The translations under genes and the position numbers were made by a program. Below, in pieces: positions 39,536 to 53,449 of a stretch of DNA of 64,000 nt. The first letter of the stretch is position 1; each line of letters opens with the position of its first letter. Source of the DNA: Fistulifera solaris (lineage: Eukaryota); NCBI GenBank assembly GCA_030295235.1, contig AP026123.1, positions 558,001-622,000 of the forward strand, given 5' to 3'. The notes below the pieces were generated by a model. That model was not told the origin of the DNA. It did no database searches and worked only from the letters and a program-made list of their open reading frames with translations.

Positions 39536-40510
39536 CTAGTCATTGTTACTACTATTTGCATTGTTCTTTCTTCTTCGTTTCGAACTTTCCAACAAAAACG
39601 CGGGGGCACTTGCTTCATCTCTTCCTTTCCGCTTGTTCGCTCGCACGAGTGAATCGGACGGATCGCTGCCGTCTACCTTTTGAGCAGGTGAATCTCCGTT
39701 ACTGCTCTTTGCACTTTTGGCATCCGCGGCTCGTGCTGCGCTGCTCGTCGATTCTGTTTTGTGCACACGAAAGCCGAAAACGCGAGGCACGTAAGTTGTC
39801 GGTATCGGTAATGGATCTGGAGATAAATTGTTGAACGTCATAAGAAACAAGTGCGGGAACGTAGTGCCGAAGGCGGCTCCATCAACGCCAGATGTGTTTC
39901 CCGTCCGACTGCTCCGGATGGGTGGTGGATGATAGACTTGTGAGCATTTCGGACAGTATATTTTAACGGTATCCACGCCTAGGTCGTCCTTGAGACCGAC
40001 CGGAAGAACTGGTTGACCACCGCATTGTACTAATGGACAAGTTCCAAAGTCTTTGGCCACGTACTAAAAGTAGAGATGAAGTGAGTGATAATTGACATGT
40101 ATTAGATGTTGACAAAAGCATGAAACCTACCTTCGAATACATCGCATCTAGACCATGGGCTGTTATTACGTAACGCGCATGAATGAGTGAATAGAGTGTG
40201 CACGCAGATTGTGTAAGGTGACTGTCATCGGAATCATCGGGTCCAATGCGGTCCAAAATGAGATCCAAGCAATCAGAAAAGTTCGATACACAGGTCCGCA
40301 GGCCGTAAAGATTAAAACCATCTTCAATGTAAGATCTCTCGACTTCGCAAAACATTTCATGCCCTTTCAGGCCACAAAACCTAAGTTGCAGAAGCCAATT
40401 CAGATGAGAACTCTTGCTTTTTGAAAAGATACGGAACGTAATAACAAAGCTTACCATTGAATCCAAGGTTCGTCATGACCTGACACTGAAGAATCTTCAT
40501 TGAATGCCAT
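39536..40510 (-). CDS. CK2B: Casein kinase II regulatory beta subunit, two introns
   Basis: [59 protein letters not shown]. Confidence 0.96.
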
Positions 40511-40971
40511 ATTCAACGTATTATTGAGTTTATTGATCTGTATTTTGGGCACCCCAACTTGGAGGTGAAACGAATTGTGTCAAAGTAGCGCGATAGAAAG
40601 AATGGCGACAAACAAACTATCGACCCCTTTACGGCAAAACTGAGATTCTTGTTGTGTCTTTTTAAACGTTGTCAGCTCTGTGTTAGTGTCAACGCTGATA
40701 TTTCACTTGTTGTATGTTGCCGAGGATCTTTTCATCGGTTTTGCTGTCATCCTTTTCTTGCTGCGGGGTGCTGCGTTTGCCAACAATAAAAAAAAGCTGC
40801 ATTCCAAACAAGATGGCGTCTGATTCTGATGGACGGAAAGACGGATCGCGGTGAATTTCGCTGTGACCAGTGACCAGCGACCAGTGACGACGACTTCTTT
40901 TGTGATAGTCGTAGTTCGCGGTGCGACTGGTCGTTCGACGGACGCCTCCCCGAAACATCGTTGAATGCAGA

Positions 40972-41905
40972 AAACACTATAGTATCAATGTGTTGGTTTA
41001 CCGAGACCGCGACTGAATTTCAGTCACGTTCCAATGACGGAAAACGAATAAAACGGCGATAAGCTGGGCCACAAATGATAGTATGAAATGTATAATCTAT
41101 TTTATAAGGCTTTAATGGGGGTCAAGGTAGATTGAGGTATTTATTTGAAACGCAAAATCTTATTTACGCTTCGAAAAGCTTTCCGGATCGTTGACCTTGA
41201 ATCTAAACGGTGTTTAGATTTATGCGTTGACTGCAAAAACCACTATATTATCAATGTGTTGGTTTACGGAGACCGCGACTGAATTTCAGTCACGCTCTAA
41301 TGACGGAAAACGAATAACGCCTTCGAAAAACTTCCGAATCGTTGACTGCAAAAAACACCATAGTATCAATGTGGCGATAAGCTGGGTTTAATGGGGCGTC
41401 AAGGTAAATAAAGTTGTTTATTTTTTTTAAACGCAAAATCTTGATTTACGCCTTCGAAAAACTTCCGAATCGTTGACTGCAAAAAACACTATAGTATAAA
41501 TGTGTTGGTTTACGGAGACCGCGACTGAATTTCAGTCACGCTCCAATGACGGAAATGAATAAAATGGCGATAAGCTGGGTTTAATGGGGCGTCAAGGTAA
41601 ATAAAATTGTTTTTTTTTTTTAAAGCAAAATCTTGATTATTTACGCCTTCGAAAAACTTCCGGATCGTTGACTGCAAAAAACACTATAGTATCAATGTGT
41701 TGGTTTACGGAGACCGCGACTGAACTTCAGTCACGCTCCAATGACGGAAAACTAAAGAACGGCGAGAAGCTGCGGGCCACAAAAGGTACCAGGTAGTACG
41801 AAATGTATAATCACATCAAAGGCTTTCATGGGTGTCAAGATAAATTGCGGTTTCAGTTGAAACGCAACATCTTGATTTACGCCTTCGAAAAACGGATCGT
41901 TGGCT
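40972..41905. repeat. Degenerate array of about 4 units (195-266 bp), related to the terminal satellite
   Basis: CACTATAGTATCAATGTGTTGGTTTACGGAGACCGCGACTGAATTTCAGTCACG with GACTG at 41011, 41277, 41523 and 41718. Confidence 0.93.
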
Positions 41906-42227
41906 GCCAGGGTAACTCTCCCCGCATGCATGCTCCGACAATCAGATGATTAGTCGTCCCATTGTTCCTAGTTTCAGATCAGCTTGAATCAGAAACTTAC
42001 AAAGAGAGCGCCCGCCCGGACTGTCTTTCCCGTTGAAAACGTGCTCAAGACTAGTAGTAGCACGTCCGGTTTGCCGCTTGGCTCCAGCATTCTCACACCA
42101 TGACGAATTCATTAAGATTTATGTTACTGTATAGATTTGCACAATGATCTTGGAAGCCACTACAACGAAAAAGTCAACCGCCTCAAACGATAAGGTTTCT
42201 TCTCTCCTCGAAAGGCACTAATTTGAA

Positions 42228-42900
42228 CTATAACATTATCAGATTGTCAGGCGGAATACTCGTCGTTTCCAGCATTTCTTTCCAACCAATTTTGTAGATG
42301 AAATCAGCACTCGTCGTCGGCAGCAATCGCATGGTGGACATTTTGTAAAGTCCGATACCGAGCCACACCAAATTCAAAGCCAGAAAAATCATTTTGGCCG
42401 TCGTTAAATCCACCTTCTGCAAAGCACTGAACTGCTGATTGATGGCAAAATGTTAGTCAGTGGACTCATGATTGCCGAGCTGCAAATATTGATGGAAAAG
42501 ATATTGAGTTGACTGCCCGACATGTACATCATAAAAGCGTTCATCAATATCTGTTGACCTGGCTTCATGGCAATCGCCATGGCCTTGGATTTGCGCTTCG
42601 CGGTGAGTGCATCTTGTTGCGCGACGCTCGACGTCGGAGCTGCGCGGACGACGGCGACGATTTGTGTTGCAGCCACGATTTGTAACCAATGGGGGCCTCA
42701 CACTGCAACAGAGTGGTGTGTCCGTCGTGGCCTTCCTTCACGTTCAAGTCAATGTTGTAAGTCGATCTGCTGTTTGAGTGTATGTAAGGTTCGAAGGTCA
42801 GAGAAACAAAGAGGATCAGAGAAGAAAAGGATGATCCACGGGAGATAATTAAGGTGCGGTCGCAATTTCAAATATAGACAACCGCTTACCTTCTGGGCAT
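42228..42900 (-). CDS. EMC4: ER membrane protein complex subunit 4
   Basis: [49 protein letters not shown]; short first exon ATGCCCAGAAG/GTAAG. Confidence 0.88.
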
Positions 42901-43377
42901 TTTACTACTGATAATCACGCAATATGTTCAACAGATACAGGGTTTCGTCCTTCGTTTTGAATAAGACAAGCGCAGTAATGGCAATCTTTGCTTATTATTG
43001 TGGGTTGTGGCTGCTGATGAACTGCACATCGCACCGGTAAGCGGTAAGACATGATTCATTCCCTCTTATGACCTCAAAATCTAAAAGTGACGTCACTACT
43101 AAATGAATGACATTGCTTTGAAGGCATAATAAACTTATAAGTGCCTCCAATCCGAAGGTAAATACTCCGTACAAAGTAAGTCTGACTCATTCGTGGCTTG
43201 TAATCTCTTACTATAGCCATTCGTGTAGCGAAGATCTTTGATTGCGGCCAAATTCCGCTCCGGTCGCCAACGTACCTTTTTTGACCGCGCTTCGCCGCAA
43301 TGTTTTCATTCGCAACGAGCCATCACTTTCATAAAAAAGCCTGTTGTTTGTGAACTTGTGCATCTTTTCAATAAAAA

Positions 43378-44364
43378 ATGGCCCCCACAACGGAAGAACT
43401 TCTCAAAGCGCAGAAATTGATCGACGATATCATTCTCGAAAAGAACTGCGGACCGATCTTTGTTCGTCTCGCTTGGCATGATTCGGGTACCTTCGACAAG
43501 GATGTGCAAGGAGAATGGCCGGCGGCCGGAGGCGCCAACGGTTCGATTCGCTTTGCTCCCGAAATCAATCACGGCGCCAATGCTGGTTTGATCAACGCTG
43601 TCAAGCTCTTGGAGCCTGTCAAAGAGGCCTGTCCCACTGTTTCGTACGCCGATATTTTTCAAATGTCGTCGGCTCGCGCCATCGCTCTCGCTGGTGGACC
43701 GGCCATTGACATGAAGTACGGTCGTCTGGACACTTCTGCTCCGGAACAGTGCCCACCGGAAGGCAACTTGCCGGATGGAAACGCGAATCCTGAAACGTAC
43801 GTCACTCTGACACTGTCGTCTCTGCTTTATTGAAACATGACTCTCACAACTTACCTTTCTCACTTTCTTATGCAGCCAAGAATTCGGTGGAGCCGGAGGC
43901 ACCAAACCTACTGTTTCCAAGTCTGCCGAAGGCTACTTGCGTGCCGTCTTTCATCGAATGGGTCTTTCGGATGAAGACATTGTCGCCTTGTCGGGTGCGC
44001 ACACGTTGGGACGCGCCTACAAGGACCGATCGGGAGAAGGCGCCGAAAGCACTAAGTTCACCACCGGACCACAAACGCGTGCGGATGGCACCGAAGCCAA
44101 TTACAAAAAGGTGGATCGTCGTGGACCACCAACTTTTTGCAATTTGATAACTCGTATTTCAAAATCATGAGTGACGAAAGTGCGGATCCGGAACTTTTGA
44201 AATTGGCCACGGACAAGATCATCTTTGTCGACCCTGATTTCAAACCGTTTGCGGAGAAATTCCGCGATGATCAGGATGCTTTCTTCCAGAGCTATGCGGC
44301 GGCTCACAAGAAGTTGTCGGAATTGGGATCCAAGTTTGAACCGGCGGAAGGTATCAAATTGTAG
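43378..44364 (+). CDS. APX: Class I heme peroxidase (ascorbate peroxidase-like), no obvious presequence; one intron
   Basis: [45 protein letters not shown]. Confidence 0.93.
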
Positions 44365-44596
44365 ACGCACAACATTAATACGTTAGGAAAAACAAAGACG
44401 ATAGACCCGTTTCGAACAAGAATAGCTTATTAGTGATGCCATCTCGCTACTCACTCGCTATGCAAAGAAAAGTTATGTAGTTTATGTAAACAGATTTCGA
44501 AGAGGAATGAGCAGTGTCAATGAAGGGACTAACCAATCGACGGAGACTGATGAAACATGAAGTCATGCATTTGCTTTCACTGCGACCTATCAACAA

Positions 44597-45911
44597 TCAG
44601 ATGAAGAATCCGTATCGTGATCGCTTTTCGGTGTCTTCCTCATCGCCACGCGAACGAGCACGTTTGCGACTACCGTGGATGTTCTTTAGCAATTCAGTTT
44701 CCTGAAATCGCGATGGCTTGTGAACCAAGCGACGACTGCGTTCCCGTACAGGAGTGTCGTAAATCGTGACCGGGACATTGCCTTCGTCCACAGCACCAAC
44801 ACTACTGGTTAATGACGGAATGCTAAAGGTCTCACTGATGAGGCGCCGCCGCTGAGTAGGTGGTGTTACAACGTTACATTCTTTTGTCGGTTCCTTGCCA
44901 AGGCTGTAGATGCCAATGGATGACGAACGCTTCAAAGAACTCGGAGCTTCGATGTTCTGAGACGCCACGATGGGACGAGGTGTTATGACAATAGGGCTGA
45001 TGCATTGAGTGTTGCCTACGACAGTGCAAGTAGTTTGTTGTTGGTGGATGCTGGTTCGGTCACGTTCACACTTCATCTCGTCGAAAGCGCTCACTTCTTC
45101 GTTTGAGTAAAGGTACAGCTCAAACGAGCGCCGATTAATGAGAACCTACTCCAGCAATGTGTACAGATACCCATCCGTTACCCCACTTCTCAACATGACC
45201 TGTGCGTCCTTTGAAAGGACCAGTTCCCACGCGAACTGCCGTCCGATACCAATGATCCGTGGAAAGGGTGGATAGCAGAGCACATGGATGTGCTGCGTCG
45301 ATAATGGGCACATTTCTCGACGATGCATCTAAGACGTCTTGATTCGCAGCTGAGCTGTCCACGGAATTCCCCGAAAGAGATGACGCAGCGGATGGAGGGC
45401 GCCCTGTATGAACAACAATGTCGTCTGCGGCATCTAGAATTTGTTTCTTCGCTTGTTTTCGTGCCCTTGATCTTGATTTCTGCTTCGATACGGTCCTTCG
45501 CGGGGGAGGGTTGGTATCATAATCGGCATGCATGTTGCAGTACTTCGATTCCCCTACAGCGATGTACGCACAACTTCGGCCTCGTGTTGTTGTAGCTGCA
45601 CATTGAGTCTCATTGGTAGATCCTGTATAACGTCGATCTTGTGGTGTCGTCGAGAGTGTTGAAAATTGTTGCGCCTGAAATGCAGATTTCGGTAGGCCTT
45701 GTGATGATTCCTTGCCTGATTCGAACTCAAGACAATGACCTTGCAGTTTGACTTCAAGAAAGTGATTGTGTATCGAAGTGACCGACGACTTACTTTGCCT
45801 GTGAAGGAAAGCATCATCGTCATCTCTGGAGACAGCGGTTACTATTTTCCTTTCGGAGGTAACAACATCACTATCAGGCGCACCGTGGAGATGCAACGGC
45901 GCACCTGCCAT
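44597..45911 (-). CDS. Hypothetical protein with a Cys/His cluster and a KOW-like motif (start uncertain, frameshift near 45137)
   Basis: CAATTTRGRSCAYIAVGESKYCNMH; VRVGTGPFKGRTGHVEKW; an alternative frame continues as HNRRSFELYL into ORF 44597..45094. Confidence 0.6.
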
Positions 45912-46781
45912 CTTAAACGGCTGGAAAGTCCGCTTTTTTAATGGGAAGGGAGCCAGACAATAGCCGCTTGCTGTGTGATGTGGCGACCTTGTTGCATCGC
46001 TTGGTGGAAGTCATCGCTCGAAGTCAGACGTGGTGAAGAGTCACCGGGGTGAAGACGCAAAGAACGCAAATTGAATCTTGATAGCAGCCTTAAGTCCACG
46101 AAGACTGGCGCAGCTTGAGTGGCGAATCAACCTTAGCAAATGTTGAACGATGGCTTAGTGCGTACTACGTAGATAATCTTGTTCGGTCTCTACAACGTAT
46201 TCTCACACCAATACTTGAGAATTCTTTCTTGTTCAAGGTTCCGCTAAAGAGAAAGTGAGAGTAGAATCTCGTCTCGGGCAACTGGTAATGATTATGAATG
46301 CAGCAGCGACTGCGACGTTCCTAATGCTTTGATTGTAGTCGGCAATAGACCTCCAGGCTGTTTGTGGACGATAACTGAGAAAGGTGATGTGTTATTTCCA
46401 TGTTGTCATGGAAGTTGTTTTTGTGGAAAATTCTCTTTATTTTTGCCAGTACAAAATCTACGTATTCCTTTCTCCCCCTCGCGGATCAAAAAGATACCGA
46501 AATGCGTAAGGAAAAACTGATTATACTAAATGCACCACAGCCACGCCGATCGCACCGGTGTAGCGATAACCGTCGACCAAAGAAAACGGGGCCGGTCGGG
46601 CAACCCTTGGGTCGAGCTTGGCCTAATGCCATGGCAATGGCAATGGATTTCCTCGCCCCCTTTTCGATGTCTCGAGAAAGCGCCAGTTGCTTCCTTGGTT
46701 CAATGCAATAGTGATGCAGAAAATTCTCGATCGAACAGAATACTCTAAATAGCAAAATAAAACGAGTTGAAAAATGTATCT

Positions 46782-49700
46782 TTAAAACCAAATATCATCC
46801 TCTTCTTCGGGATCTTCTATCGGTGCGAGGGCCAAACCTGTCATCCAATTCTTTGCAGGGGTTACATGTTCCTCTTGTCGGCCTAAGCTGAATGTATTCA
46901 TACTCAGTGATTTCGACATCGTGGGGGCACCAAGAACTTCACCATCGGAAAGTGAACGCTCGCCCACCGATGTCATCTTGGGTAAGGAAGCCAAATCTAG
47001 GGCGGAGTGGAAACGGTTGCCTCTTGTCGAGACCTTCACTAAACCTTCTAGCAATTCCAATGCCGAGTCAACGTCATTCAGGTAGCTAGCAGCTGCACTA
47101 GGTTTCTTCCCCACCGTACAGGTGAAGATATCCAAATCGGGGGAAACGTAATTGTCACAAGAAGACACATCCACCAGCTGTAAAGTGGCTGGCATCGGCA
47201 ACAGCGGCTGGTTCGGTCGTGGTCGAGCTTCGAGCACTCGCCTGCCGATTTGACGCATGACTGATAACATGGGCTCGTCACAGTGGTCGTCTCCCAACAC
47301 AAGGGCGAAATCGACCATTCCTTTTTGAGCAATGTCAGGAAAGCGCTTGATGACGCGCATGGCAAGAACACCTTTGTTAACACCCTTCGGGCGTACCTCA
47401 ACGTAACCACCCTCTTTTAGTCCTCCGTGCAACACATCTACGGGAAAGCTCCTAAGATATTTCGACAAGTGGTCTTCGAGCTCTTTCGCTTGTAGCGAAC
47501 CAAATTCAGTGTCTGCGTCACGGTACTGCCAGAGAACCTTCATCTCAGTCTCTTCAATATAACTTCCATGAGTTCTCGACGTGTATACTTCCATGATGGT
47601 GACAGCTAGAGATCGCCAAGTCCGATCGGTTTCGGGTACAAGTGTTTCCCAACGTCTCTTTGACGACGTCTTAGGTGTCGGCCATGAAATGAACATACCA
47701 TGCTCGGCAGCCAAGCCAAGATTAGGAATGTCACCAAGCGTCTTGGTGAGAGAATGACGCTCTTTCCACTCACGACGAAAACTGTGTTTCTCTTGTCCTC
47801 GCAAAGACCTCGTAGCGCATCTATCATTCGAGCAGTAGGGACCGATTTTCCGTCTCTCTCTTTCACCATTTGAAATCTGGTTAGAGAATCCAACTGAAAT
47901 GTAAAGAATGCAGCATGAGAAGCGATCCATAAGGAACAGAAAGTAAAATAGAGTCCAAATAACTTACGTTGTCGTTGCTCACAATGGTTCCGCCATAATC
48001 TAGCAAGATTAATCGCGCCTTAGACTTTTTGTATGCTCGGGTGACGAGCGCTGAGTCGAGTGATGTGAAACCTGTATCCATACCAAGCAAGCGATAATTC
48101 AAGCCTAGACCAGCCCCTGAGAACTGCACCGGATTAATGTTCTTGTGTACGCCCTTCAAGTCCAGCATTACCGCTAAAGCCCAGCGCTGCGTGGTGACGC
48201 GTGTGACGAACTCCGAAGCGATGCTCAGGCGACGAAGACGCTCTTCCTCCTGCATGTTTGCTGCTTGGAAAAATGCGCTGGCGATCTCCGATATTTTCCA
48301 CGGATTAATATGTAGTGCCCCACGCATCACACGTGTTGAACTGGAAAATTCTGAAAGAATGCAGATGCCCCGTTTACGACCGTCCGCACGTCCAAGGTCT
48401 GTCAAAGCATCTTGATGTGCGATCGTGAACTCAAGCGGAAGCAGATTCAAGCCATCGCGAATAGAAGTGACGACGCACACGTCGGCTGCTCGTAAGAGTG
48501 CCACTCGCTGTTGTAAGCGGATCTCTCGCTCATGAAGAATCTGGAGATGAACTGAGCCTGGCCACTTTTCATTGATCTTTTGCGCAAGGGCACAAGTTTC
48601 GGACTCCGTGCGATGAAAATCCTCTCCACGTTCAAATGCTTTTATTCCAACTTGGATCAAAACAATTTTACCTACCCATTCTGGGCAGCGTGTCAAGAAT
48701 CGTTCGAACCCAAGTAATTTCAACGGGATTCCCTTCAGACTCTCCAATCTGTCGACCCCGCAAAAAATGATTTTATCTGGAAACTGAGTTCGGAGACTGG
48801 ATACCCGCTCCATGGTACTTTGATGAATCAATACCTGCCTCAAGACAGGTGGCTCAATACCAGCGTGAATGCTCGTAACAGCCACATTTCGGCCAGCAGT
48901 GTCGATCGCAAGAGTGTGTCCACCTGATGCGTCAGGAATCATTCCATAATGAAGACCCAGCAGTCGACGGCACGACGTCAAGAAGTGACGAGCGTACTCA
49001 AAAGGTGAAAACCAACCTGATCTGCATTCAGCATACCTCGAAGCAAGTCCTCTCGGCACCATAGTGTTCGGAATATTTCCGATGACGGGAACGGAGTGTG
49101 AAGAAAGATTCCTACCTTTGCCATTGGGATGCGGCGGGTCAAGTAGGAAGGCAAGATTAGCAGATGGAAACCGTGCACCCAAACGAGGTCACCTTCGTGG
49201 AAGCATTGAACAACCTTCTCGGCAAACTGGCGATTGACAGCCGTGTAAGCAGCCCACAACTCTGCCTCGCGGCCACGACCGCCGTGGATAGGACCTTGTT
49301 CAACGTCATCCAAACTGTATTCGGAAAACTCATTTCCGTCAACTTCCGAGATTTTGGACGCGCCGTCACCATTGTCGTCTTCGGGGCCGTTCGAGTACAC
49401 GGACGTCACATTATGTAAAACTGGCCAAAGAACGCCTTTACAGAAGCCATTGTACATTTCACCAAATAGAATGGGGTCGACCCAAACTGGAACGCAGTTG
49501 AAAGGCAACAAACACTCTTCGACTAGCCGGCGCTCATTGCGAGGCACCCCTGCTTTCTCTTGCGTATTTCCATGCCAGCCGCGCCACTTGACAACTCCCA
49601 CGCGGGTCACGCGCAAGTGCGTTTGCATAGACAATAGCATTTCGTAATCCCATTCAGCGGACCACTTTCCGTCGTCGCTGCGATTCAAAATCACTGGCAG

Positions 49701-50640
49701 AAATGCGCTGACCACGACGAGACCGTCGGTTGAATTCAAATGCACAGCTTGTTTCGGAGCTGACTTGGATCCAGTCCCTCCACTTGAGCGGTGATGGGAA
49801 ACCGGAGCAGGTGCAAAACCCACTGCTTTTTTTGCGAGGGGCGCCTACTGGAGCACCAACACCTCCTTGGTTCGCCGAAATGCGCAGAGCAGATATTGTT
49901 AACGCTCCATCCGAGCTGTTGTGTCGTGCATGCAAGTTTTGTGCACGCTGCAACCCTTGATGTGATGGAAGACGATTGTGATCGATATTTGCGGGAGCAC
50001 CCGTGATACCGAGAACATCATTTACAGTGTAGACCTCTCGACTCTGGATGAGATGAAGTGGAACTTCGTGGACCGGTTCACCGCCTTCTGCAGGTTCAGC
50101 AGGAAAATCTGCAGCATGGGGTTGCTCAGGTCCTCCATCCGAAGGATTTTCCCAACGGTGGAAGACACCGGCACGATGAATCGCGTATCGGTAGGTAAAC
50201 TTGCTTTTTGGACGTCCCTCCGAACCGCCTTCAGCGACATCATGGGGATGTTTCGCCGAAAGAGGTAACGTGATCGGGTTAAGGGTATGATACCATGGAA
50301 AATCCGTAGGTGTCGTATGAAGAACAAACGACTGAATAGAAGGAGAGAGAGAGAATTGAGATTTCATGCTCAAAATAAAACCCTGAAAACTCTATATTGA
50401 TCCGAGACACGCAAATCATTCGCCTTTGCTGATAGTCTTGTGTCACTCGAAACACTCGACTGAATTAACAGAATTCTCGAGGATATAACAGTTCATAGAT
50501 AAATTTACCTTTCGTTGTCCTAAGCCCCCCGATGGTACGAGGAAGACCTCTTCACCATGAGACAAAGTCTCACAGCGCACCCGGAAGTTTACATGCGCCA
50601 CGGCGCCTAATTCGAAATCCGCTTTGTCGGTTGCGTTCAT
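46782..50640 (-). CDS. TPS: Trehalose-6-phosphate synthase/phosphatase fusion with N-terminal CBM20-like domain
   Basis: YNGFCKGVLWP, FLHTPFPSSEIFR, GVDRL..KG, RDGLNL; HAD motifs LLDYGGT, VSGK, AAEHG, VEVRPKGVNKG, GDDHCDE; N-terminal VNFRVRCET..GEEVFLV. Confidence 0.93.
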
Positions 50641-51470
50641 CTATTAATTACTTTAAGTCGACGATGAAACAAGCAAATCTTCTGTGGTGCGGACGAAATA
50701 GCAAAATCACCAACACTCGTGCTGCTTCTTCATGATCGTCAGGGTGTGTTTCCTTTGACACTTCGGGAAGGTGCTGAAGGGTCAAACGCGTCTCGTGTCG
50801 TGTACTTTATCGCAGAGAGTGGTCAAAATCATGACGTCTGATGACGGATGCAAGCACGGACGTAAATAAGTCGTCGATGTTTGTGGAATTAGATCATCTG
50901 TTTCTCGGGTATGTTGGACTGAAATGCCATCAGACCTAAACCAGCATCGTTTACTTGCGACAATGAACGATAAACACAAACAATTAGACATTGTGAAGTA
51001 GAGAAAAGCAAAGACATGATGCTTCGATTGTCTACGTCCAATTCACGTAGGCTCCGTAGGAATTTTATCGATGCAGGTAGCATCCGGAACTTTTCGAATT
51101 CGACCTCATCAATGGTCGGGTCCGATTGCGACCAACTTCATTGTAATAGCTATTCTCATACCTACATAGAGACGATAAGCGAGAATAGACATTGATTGGA
51201 ACGCCAAACATGCAAAAGACAACAGATTCAATGTTACAAATAAGGTCTACGTGACTGTCACGTAGGCTCCGTAGGGAAATTTATCGATAGAGGGGAAACC
51301 CGGATGTTTGATATAGCGTTCAAGGCAGACAGAAAGCCTGATAGAAGGCGACAAACAAGCTATGAAAAAGATCGATCTTTGATTTTCCTTTTAATGAACC
51401 TAACTTATCGAAGGGAAATAGAGAAGCAAGAAGCAAACCATACTAATCAGCAATCAAGCATAGCGTCATC

Positions 51471-52576
51471 ATGCAAAGTAGGACGAATGCAGAGTCAACG
51501 TATTGCGTAGCGATCGAGGATATAAAAGATGCTGCAAAACGGATCGAAGGGATTGCCCATCGGACACCGGTGCTAACTTCTACGTCCATCAACCAAAGGG
51601 CAAAGCGAAATCTCTTCTTTAAAGTGGAAGCCATGCAAAAACTGGGTCATTCAAATTTCGCGGCGCGCTCAATGCTGTCAGAAGTGTCTTGTCGGAGCAA
51701 CCCGACGACGAGATTATGTTTGTCTCCCATTCGTCCGGTAATCACGCCCAAGCGTTGGCCCTCGCTGCGAAGCTCTCTAGACAGAAGGCAACTATTGCAA
51801 TGCCAAACAATACTCCTTCCGTCAAAAGGCAGCTGTTGCTGATTTTGGGGCTTCTATTGTGATGGTCGAGAACACGAATGAAGCACGGGAAGACAAAGCA
51901 ACTGAAATTGTCAATGAAAATGGTGGAGGTGAGTTAATAGCGTGAACGGAAACACAGCCGCATTTCTTTACAGCACGGCTCAAACTATTTAATCGATTTT
52001 CGAAAAGTGTTTGTACATCCCAGTGAAGATTCCCGTGTAATAGCAGGACAGGGCACTGTGTGTCTTGAATTTCTGGAGCAGATGGGGGATATCAAGTTGG
52101 ATGCTGTTATTATTCCCGTTGGAGGAGGGGGCTTAGCTGCAGGAAATGTAATGACTCTTCGATCCTTGCAACCAGACGTCAAAATCATTCTGGCTGAACC
52201 GTCAGCACTAGACGACGCATACCGAAGTTTCAAGGAGAAGACATTACTGAAGCATGCGGAGGATAACAAATTGGAAAGTGTAGCAGACGGTTTGAAAACT
52301 ACGTTGGGACCGAACACGTGGCCGATTATTCGTGATAAAGTTGACAGTATATTTACTGTGTCGGAGAAGGAAATATTGCAAGCAACTAAACTTATTTGGG
52401 AGCGCCTCAAAGTGATGATAGAACCCAGTGCTGGAGTGGGTGTTGCTGTGGCACTGTCGGAAGAGTTTGCGCAAACGTACAGCGATGCACTCAATGTTGG
52501 TATAATTTTATGCGGTGGCAATGTGGATGTTGTAAAAATTGCTGCAAAAATCGATCAGTATGCTATTGCGGATTAA
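51471..52576 (+). CDS. PLP-dependent serine racemase / threonine dehydratase-like enzyme
   Basis: HRTPVLTS, FKVEAMQK(TGSFKFRGA after frameshift), HSSGNHA, IAGQGT, PVGGGGL, VADGL, IEPS, LCGGN. Confidence 0.9.
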
Positions 52577-52657
52577 TTATTTATTATACAGTAAAGACTT
52601 ATCACTGATCCCTCTAGCGGGCTATATCTTGGTAAGCTCAGGCAATCGACCAAAAAT

Positions 52658-53449
52658 TTAATCGTTTGACCTCAACAAATTATCAATTCGATCGATTGAG
52701 AGGTGCAAAACGATTGACACAACGACGTTATCGAGGCCACCGGGGCAAGTTGCTTCCACAATGGCAGCAATAGCTCCATAGGATAGGACAAGTCGAAGCG
52801 GCAAAACATCCAAGCCAAGAATATAAAAGAAGATATAAATACCAGCAACCGTCCCTAGAAAGACACCTACCACGGACCCTTCCATACTTTTGCGTGCTGC
52901 AAGAGGCATTTGATACACGTGGCGTCCGAAGAATTCTCCTATCAGCGGCGCCGCGCCAGAGTCCCCTAAACCTACGGCAGCAATTAGAATAGCGGCCCGA
53001 GCAGACATGAAATGATAGAGACCCAAGTAAATCAGAAGTGCAGTAAATTGCATCGGTCCCCATAATAGTTCGGAAGGAGAAGAAGACCGAGACAGCGCTT
53101 GAACTTCGATATCATCTGGATCTTTGCAAATGAAACCTTTGTACCAAAATCGAATCATGAGAGCTGCTGGCACAATTGTGTTGAATCTCCATGTCCAGTC
53201 CGTCGTATCGTAGAGCGGCCAGAAGATCAAACTGCTACTCAACACCATATGAATGCATGGTTTAGTCCAAGTTGATCGGCTTCTGTCCGTGCTGCTCAAT
53301 CGATTGACAAGTTCAAGGCTTATTTTAATGCATATCAACGTCCATTGCAGCACTAAAATATTATTGAAAATTGGGGACAGATTCTTCCATGGTAAGTATT
53401 CCAGAACAAAAGCCATGATAGCAGACGCGAACAACTTCAAGAGGTTCAC
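52658..53449 (-). CDS. Phytol/dolichol kinase-like membrane protein (start uncertain)
   Basis: KPCIHM, GLGD..A..IG..FG, KSMEGS and GLDN motifs; multiple TM segments. Confidence 0.8.
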   Translation of the reverse strand: MNLLKLFASAIMAFVLEYLPWKNLSPIFNNILVLQWTLICIKISLELVNRLSSTDRSRSTWTKPCIHMVLSSSLIFWPLYDTTDWTWRFNTIVPAALMIRFWYKGFICKDPDDIEVQALSRSSSPSELLWGPMQFTALLIYLGLYHFMSARAAILIAAVGLGDSGAAPLIGEFFGRHVYQMPLAARKSMEGSVVGVFLGTVAGIYIFFYILGLDVLPLRLVLSYGAIAAIVEATCPGGLDNVVVSIVLHLSIDRIDNLLRSND

